The notes below the pieces were generated by a model. It was not told the origin of the DNA and searched no databases. It saw only the letters and a list, made by a program, of their open reading frames with translations. A stretch of DNA of 64,000 bases from positions 192,001 to 256,000 of the forward strand of contig CAXXMD010000002.1 in NCBI GenBank assembly GCA_963675755.2, read 5' to 3'. Both the position numbers and the translations under genes were made by a program. This stretch comes from a bacterium. GTDB taxonomy: Bacteria; Zhuqueibacterota; Zhuqueibacteria; Residuimicrobiales; Krinioviventaceae. This document shows positions 59,101 to 64,000 of this stretch, piece by piece; within the stretch, counting starts at the first letter, position 1, and every line of letters begins with the position of its first letter.

Positions 59101-61104
59101 ATGAAGCACATCTTTTGGCTGTTGTTAGCAACCCTATTTTTTTCAATTTCCTGTGACAAAATTCCATTTTGGGGCAGCAAATCATTTTATACACATAAAA
59201 TTGATGATAATAATGGTGTATATTTATTATCCGAAAATTTTCCTTTACATGCAGATGGTAAAACTGATGATTCTGAAGCAATTCAGGCAGCCATTGATTA
59301 CGTCCAAAAATATAATGGTTTTGGGATTGTTTTTATTCCTTCCGGTCAATATGCTATTCATAATCCTGTTTATGTCTGGCGGGGTATCCGTTTAATTGGT
59401 TATGGCCGTAAGCGTCCTCAATTTATATTACCTGAAAATACACACGGTTATCAATCTCAAAAACAGTATATGGTCCAGTTTATGGATCGAAAACCATTAC
59501 TGGATCAAGAACCTGTAGATGCCGGTAATACAACTTTTTACTCGGGTATTAGCAATATCGACTTGAAAATTGAAAAAGGAAATCCTTCCGCAGTAGGTAT
59601 ACGTTTCAATGCTGCCCAGCTTTCTTCACTTGAGCACATGGATTTCAAGATTGAATCAGGTATTGCCGCTGTTGAACAGGCTGGAAGCCAGATTTTTGAT
59701 TGTAAATTCAATGGTGGTGGATTCGGATTAACATTGGATGGCTCATCATCAGGTGCACAGACATTGATCATGAACTGTAAATTCAGTAACCATGACCAGG
59801 CCGGTATTTTAACCTGTGATGCCGGTTTAACGGTAATTGGATGTGGGTTTGAAAATATGTCACATGCAATTGTGGTAAGAGAGAACAGGGTGGAAAAATT
59901 ATATATTCAGGATACCTACTGTAAAAATGTTACAGTCAGTGCAGTCTTGACCAGCAAATACAATAGTCCGGACAATTATATCCTCATGGATACATTCCAG
60001 TGTGCCAATACACCCAATGTGTTGTTATTCAGAGATCGTAATACTCCGGTAAGTATTAACGAACAGTTTTTTCAGATCAATGAATTATACCATGGTTTAC
60101 TTATAGACAGACAGGTTGCCAACAAGTACAATAAAAGTATTCGTACAAAATATGGTTATAATGTACTAGAGGATCTTGATGATCCTGTTGAATTCAAAGT
60201 ACCACGATTGCCCGGATCTAATAACTGGTTCAATGTGCAAGAGTATGGGGCTATAGGAGATGCATATACAGATAATACCATTGCTTTCAACAAAGCAATT
60301 ACAGATCATAAAACCATTTATTTGCCAATGGGATTATATGTAATATCTGAGCCCCTTGTATTGCGTAAAAATACAAAAATTGTGGGATTACATCCCAAAG
60401 CTACTCAGATAATATTGTTAGACAATACAGCAAAATTTAGTAATCCTGATTCTTTAGAGCCAATGGTCATTGCTCCTGAGAATGGTAAAAACATGATATC
60501 CGGAATTGGCTTTAATGCCGGATTGAATCCCGGAACTGTTCAATTGAGATGGATGGCGGGACGACATTCCTATTTAAATGATATCTGGTTTGAGTGGGGT
60601 GGACAAGGCGATACCCAGCAAGATAAAGAGTTTTCTTCCAGTTTGCGGATTGATAATAATGGCGGTGGTTTTTTCAAAAATATATGGTGTGCTAACCTTT
60701 TTGCCAATACCAGTGTTATGATTCAAAACACCCAGACTCCTGGTCAGGTATATTTGATGGGTACTGAAAACAATCATCGGAATATTGCAATTCAAAATGT
60801 TGAAAACTGGAACATGACGGCCATTCAATGTGAAGAGAATATGGGGCGCCAGCAATCTTTGATGATTGATGTGCGTCAAGACAGTCGTGTTAATTTTAAC
60901 AATGTATTTGTAAAACGTGAAATTACTTTAAAAAAAGATAATAATTTTAGTTTGCGTTTGGATGAAAATAGTTCAGTTGTCATTCGTGGAATGCATAATA
61001 GTTCATGGGGCAATGTTCCATTTGACACTGCTGTTTTCTATACCGGGCAACAATTATTAATTTCTGAAAAAGATTTTTCATACACCAGGGTACCAAATCA
61101 TTAA
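59101..61104 (+). CDS. Lipoprotein with two pectate-lyase-3-type beta-helix domains (GH55/GH28-related)
   Basis: Lipobox FSISC; ADGKTDDSEAIQAAID and FNVQEYGAIGDAYTDNT N-caps. Confidence 0.75.
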   Translation: MKHIFWLLLATLFFSISCDKIPFWGSKSFYTHKIDDNNGVYLLSENFPLHADGKTDDSEAIQAAIDYVQKYNGFGIVFIPSGQYAIHNPVYVWRGIRLIGYGRKRPQFILPENTHGYQSQKQYMVQFMDRKPLLDQEPVDAGNTTFYSGISNIDLKIEKGNPSAVGIRFNAAQLSSLEHMDFKIESGIAAVEQAGSQIFDCKFNGGGFGLTLDGSSSGAQTLIMNCKFSNHDQAGILTCDAGLTVIGCGFENMSHAIVVRENRVEKLYIQDTYCKNVTVSAVLTSKYNSPDNYILMDTFQCANTPNVLLFRDRNTPVSINEQFFQINELYHGLLIDRQVANKYNKSIRTKYGYNVLEDLDDPVEFKVPRLPGSNNWFNVQEYGAIGDAYTDNTIAFNKAITDHKTIYLPMGLYVISEPLVLRKNTKIVGLHPKATQIILLDNTAKFSNPDSLEPMVIAPENGKNMISGIGFNAGLNPGTVQLRWMAGRHSYLNDIWFEWGGQGDTQQDKEFSSSLRIDNNGGGFFKNIWCANLFANTSVMIQNTQTPGQVYLMGTENNHRNIAIQNVENWNMTAIQCEENMGRQQSLMIDVRQDSRVNFNNVFVKREITLKKDNNFSLRLDENSSVVIRGMHNSSWGNVPFDTAVFYTGQQLLISEKDFSYTRVPNH

Positions 61105-61121
61105 AAAAAATCATTTTTTCT

Positions 61122-61150
61122 GCAAACCATTTCCGTGTTTATCTGTCTAA
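61122..61150 (+). promoter_or_regulatory. ECF sigma-type promoter (-35 GCAAAC, 17 nt, -10 GTCTAA)
   Basis: AAC and GTC cores at ECF-like spacing, just upstream of the ECF sigma gene. Confidence 0.65.
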
Positions 61151-61173
61151 ATAGACAAGAAGCGAGAGAATAC

Positions 61174-61746
61174 ATGGAATTCAATGAAATAGAATTAATT
61201 AAACAAGCCCAGTCAGGTGATACAACTGCATTTACCAGGTTGATGGAAATGCATGATCGTAGTGTATGGCAGGTAATTTATCATATGCTGGGAAACGTGC
61301 AAGATACTCAGGATCTGTATCAGGATACATTCCTCCGTGCATTTGAAAAAATTGGTACTTTTCGTTTTGCAAGTTCGTTCAAGAGTTGGATTGTACGGAT
61401 AGGTATTAATCTATGTATTAATCATCGCAAACGGAAACGTATTGTAAAATGGATATCAATTTTTGATACGGTTGATGATACAGATAAAACTTTACAATGG
61501 ATGGATACCAAAGTGTTAAATCCGGATGAAAAACTGTCTCAGACGCAAATCAAAGAACATATTGTATCTGCAATGGATACTTTGTCACACCGCGAACGGG
61601 CAGTTTTTGTATTGAAACAGATTGAAGGATACAAAATCCAGGAGATTGCTAAAACTCTCAACTGTGCTGAAGGCACAGTGAAGAATTATTTGTTTCGTGC
61701 AACACAAAAAATGAAAAAGGGGCTTACACCTGTACTAAGAGCCTGA
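61174..61746 (+). CDS. ECF RNA polymerase sigma-70 factor
   Basis: DLYQDTF and FKSWIVRIGIN (region 2); EIAKTLNCAEGTVKNYLFRA (region 4). Confidence 0.95.
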   Translation: MEFNEIELIKQAQSGDTTAFTRLMEMHDRSVWQVIYHMLGNVQDTQDLYQDTFLRAFEKIGTFRFASSFKSWIVRIGINLCINHRKRKRIVKWISIFDTVDDTDKTLQWMDTKVLNPDEKLSQTQIKEHIVSAMDTLSHRERAVFVLKQIEGYKIQEIAKTLNCAEGTVKNYLFRATQKMKKGLTPVLRA

Positions 61747-61755
61747 GGAAATGTT

Positions 61756-62763
61756 ATGAATAACTGTAAAAAATATCAAAAATACATTGTGCTTGATTAT
61801 TACAATGAACTGAACGGTTATGAAAAAGCTGATCTGGACGCACATCTGCTGCATTGTGAATTATGCAAGAAAGAACAGTTGGAATTGCAGAGTATGGGAG
61901 TGGTAATAGAGGAAAATTATACCACAGAACCCAAAGAGCACATCCTTAAATCATTGAGAAATCTTGTAGAAATACGATTGCAACAGCATAATAAGCCGAA
62001 TTTTGAGAAAAAAGGTGTTTTCCTGCCACGCTTTGTTCTACAATTTGCTATGGTTGTTCTTTTAATTGGTGTTGGTTTCTTTACTGGCAGAATGATACCA
62101 ACACAAGAAAAACAAAACGTATCTTCTATAGATCTTTTAAATGATCTTGTTAAAGCCGATCAAAACGTTGAATTCTCAAATCGCACAATTGATCCTTACC
62201 TGGTTGGTATTAATCGGTTAAAATTTGACCAAGAAACAGGCAAGGTGAATGTAAGTTATAATACGGTAAACGATATTGATGTTTCAGCAAGCCTGGATGA
62301 TCCTCTGGTTAGGGAATTGTTGTTGTATGCTTTGAACCATGGCGAAAATCCCAATGTTCGTATGCATGCTGTCAAAGCTGTAAATGCAATTGCTGCAAAC
62401 AAAAATACGCTGGATGTACAGTTTATTAAATCCATTGGTAAAACGCTGACAGATGAAGAGAATCCCGGTATTCGGCTATTTGCGTTACGTGTTTTGTCTT
62501 CCATGTCAATGGATGAAAATATTAAAATGATGTTGATACATGTGCTGCTTTATGATGTGAATCCCGCATTAAGGATTGAAGCATTTAAAATTTTAACCCG
62601 TGAAAATATTTCAATCCCGGATATTGGAATGTATCTGGAGCCGGCTCAAGAAGACAGTAACAGCTTTATCAGCAATCAGTCAAAAATAATTATCGATCAA
62701 ATTCTTAAAGAACAAACCAAAGATAATGGCCCTTATGAACTGGCCAGAAGGAGTCAACCATGA
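61756..62763 (+). CDS. Zinc-binding anti-sigma factor with TM helix and HEAT-like repeats
   Basis: HLLHCELC (HxxxCxxC), one TM, repeats NPNVRMHAV / NPGIRLFAL / NPALRIEAF. Confidence 0.85.
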   Translation: MNNCKKYQKYIVLDYYNELNGYEKADLDAHLLHCELCKKEQLELQSMGVVIEENYTTEPKEHILKSLRNLVEIRLQQHNKPNFEKKGVFLPRFVLQFAMVVLLIGVGFFTGRMIPTQEKQNVSSIDLLNDLVKADQNVEFSNRTIDPYLVGINRLKFDQETGKVNVSYNTVNDIDVSASLDDPLVRELLLYALNHGENPNVRMHAVKAVNAIAANKNTLDVQFIKSIGKTLTDEENPGIRLFALRVLSSMSMDENIKMMLIHVLLYDVNPALRIEAFKILTRENISIPDIGMYLEPAQEDSNSFISNQSKIIIDQILKEQTKDNGPYELARRSQP

Positions 62764-64000
62764 GAAGAATAACATTCTCAATACTACTTTTACTGATTTT
62801 AATCTCACTTGTTTTTTCTCAGGAATTAGTAAAAAAGAATGGTTACTATGAAGCAAATATTAATCAGTCTTTTAATGTAAAACCTGATGGGAACCTGGTT
62901 ATTGAAAATATTAATGCAGATATAGAAATCTATACCTGGGAAAATAATCAGGTGGAAATTAAAGAGTTTGCCAAATTTGACGTGTATACCGAAGAAGAGG
63001 CAAATGAGAGAATTAAACATTGGAAAAAACAATATTCTCAATCCGGCAATACCATAAAAATTTCAGGTTCAGGCCATTTTGATTGTGAAAATTGCAAGTT
63101 TGTAATAAAAGTGCCAACCCGATTTAATATAGATTCCAAAACTCGCGGGGGAGATGTTTTAATAAATGGCATTACTGGTAATGTAGGTGTTTCTACTTCC
63201 GGTGGTGATATGGAAATGTACGAGATTACCGGAACTGTTACCGCCAGAACATCCGGAGGGGATCTTGAATTTTATAATATCAAAGGTCAGCTTGATGCAA
63301 AAACGTCGGGTGGTGATATAGAAATGGGAAATATACAAGGAGATGCTACGATTGTTACATCGGGTGGCGATATTGAACTGGAAAACGCAACACAAAAAGT
63401 CTTGTTAAAAACTTCCGGCGGTGATATTTCAGTCAAAGATCTTGCAGGGCCAACAGAAATGACTACTTCGGGTGGAGATATTGAAGTTTATAATTTTACC
63501 GGTCCTACTCTTGATTTTAAAACCAGTGGCGGTGATATTGAAATGTATAATATTAAAGGAACATTAATTGCGTCAACCAGTGGTGGGGATATTGAAGGAA
63601 AAACATTCTTGTCACCCGTACAGGTTAAATCATCAGGAGGAGATATTGAACTCGTTGATGTTCAAGCTTCGCTTAAGGCAAATACTTCCGGTGGCGATAT
63701 TGATATCAAAATGAATATTGTTGATTATTCAATTCCACATGAGATTGATCTTGAAACATCCGGTGGTGACATTAATCTTACCATACCTGCTGATCTACCG
63801 GCAACGATTGACGCGCAAATTAAATTGCGAGATAATAATCGCTCATGGGATCGAAATGACATATACAGTGATTTCCCACTTACCAAATCAATGGATAAAG
63901 AAGGTAGTTATGTAATTATTAAAAGTCAGGGTGAGATTAATGGTGGCGGTGATTTAATCAAGCTGCGGACTTCGGCCGGCGATATACATATAATTAAAAA
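62760..64000 (+). CDS. DUF4097-type beta-strand-repeat (adhesin-like) protein, 3'-truncated by window edge; absent from the ORF track
   Basis: ATGA overlap with the anti-sigma gene; MRRITFSILLLLILISLVFSQ signal peptide; repeated TSGGDI motifs; no in-frame stop seen before the window end. Confidence 0.85.
   Translation, partial: MRRITFSILLLLILISLVFSQELVKKNGYYEANINQSFNVKPDGNLVIENINADIEIYTWENNQVEIKEFAKFDVYTEEEANERIKHWKKQYSQSGNTIKISGSGHFDCENCKFVIKVPTRFNIDSKTRGGDVLINGITGNVGVSTSGGDMEMYEITGTVTARTSGGDLEFYNIKGQLDAKTSGGDIEMGNIQGDATIVTSGGDIELENATQKVLLKTSGGDISVKDLAGPTEMTTSGGDIEVYNFTGPTLDFKTSGGDIEMYNIKGTLIASTSGGDIEGKTFLSPVQVKSSGGDIELVDVQASLKANTSGGDIDIKMNIVDYSIPHEIDLETSGGDINLTIPADLPATIDAQIKLRDNNRSWDRNDIYSDFPLTKSMDKEGSYVIIKSQGEINGGGDLIKLRTSAGDIHIIK
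63141..63701 (+). repeat. Coding tandem repeat, 11 units of 54 nt (one 57-nt spacing), core T-S-G-G-D-I
   Basis: Motif starts at 63141, 63195, 63249, 63303, 63357, 63411, 63465, 63522, 63576, 63630 and 63684, all in frame. Confidence 0.85.

Noticed and set aside
63141-63701. Regularly spaced (54-nt) repeats resembling a CRISPR array
   Set aside because: Units vary at synonymous positions, stay in frame and encode TSGGDI in a DUF4097-type protein; no cas genes are present.
1-64000. tRNA, rRNA, riboswitch, IS, prophage or defence genes
   Set aside because: None recognised by eye in the ORFs or intergenic regions; an Infernal/Rfam scan would be needed to exclude small RNAs.

Overview
AT-rich, gene-dense bacterial window with about 41 CDS, two of them cut by the window edges. 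No rRNA, tRNA, CRISPR array, transposase or phage gene was recognised. Four proteins end in the 'NYPNPFN/NFPNPFN' secretion-signal (T9SS type A / FlgD-Ig) domain, Shine-Dalgarno sites are clear, and the TonB-dependent receptor has no SusD partner. Together these suggest an FCB-superphylum organism outside the classic Bacteroidota (KSB1/Calditrichota/Ignavibacteria-like); this is inference only. Positions 1-34 kb form a large glycan-utilisation region: TBDR, TolB-like lipoprotein, heparinase II/III-like, beta-helix, two atypical GH28, PL22-like, GH20, (alpha/alpha)6 enzyme, GH2 and araD/araA. A membrane-anchored winged-helix regulator splits this region, which also contains an unexplained cytoplasmic module (SSS transporter, UroD/MtaA-family protein, GATase1-like protein, NRAMP-like transporter, TIM-barrel epimerase). 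Positions 35.7-44.2 kb hold an uncharacterised envelope ABC system (tandem PDZ protein, MFP-hairpin/Ig membrane protein, ATPase, two permeases) divergent from a two-component system, with four 10-bp-phased repeats between them. These are followed by galK, a Tat sulfatase, xylA, an EamA transporter, a 2696-aa esterase-tipped Ig-repeat surface protein, and an ECF sigma / anti-sigma / DUF4097 operon with a recognisable ECF promoter. All family assignments come from motif recognition by eye; no database searches were run.
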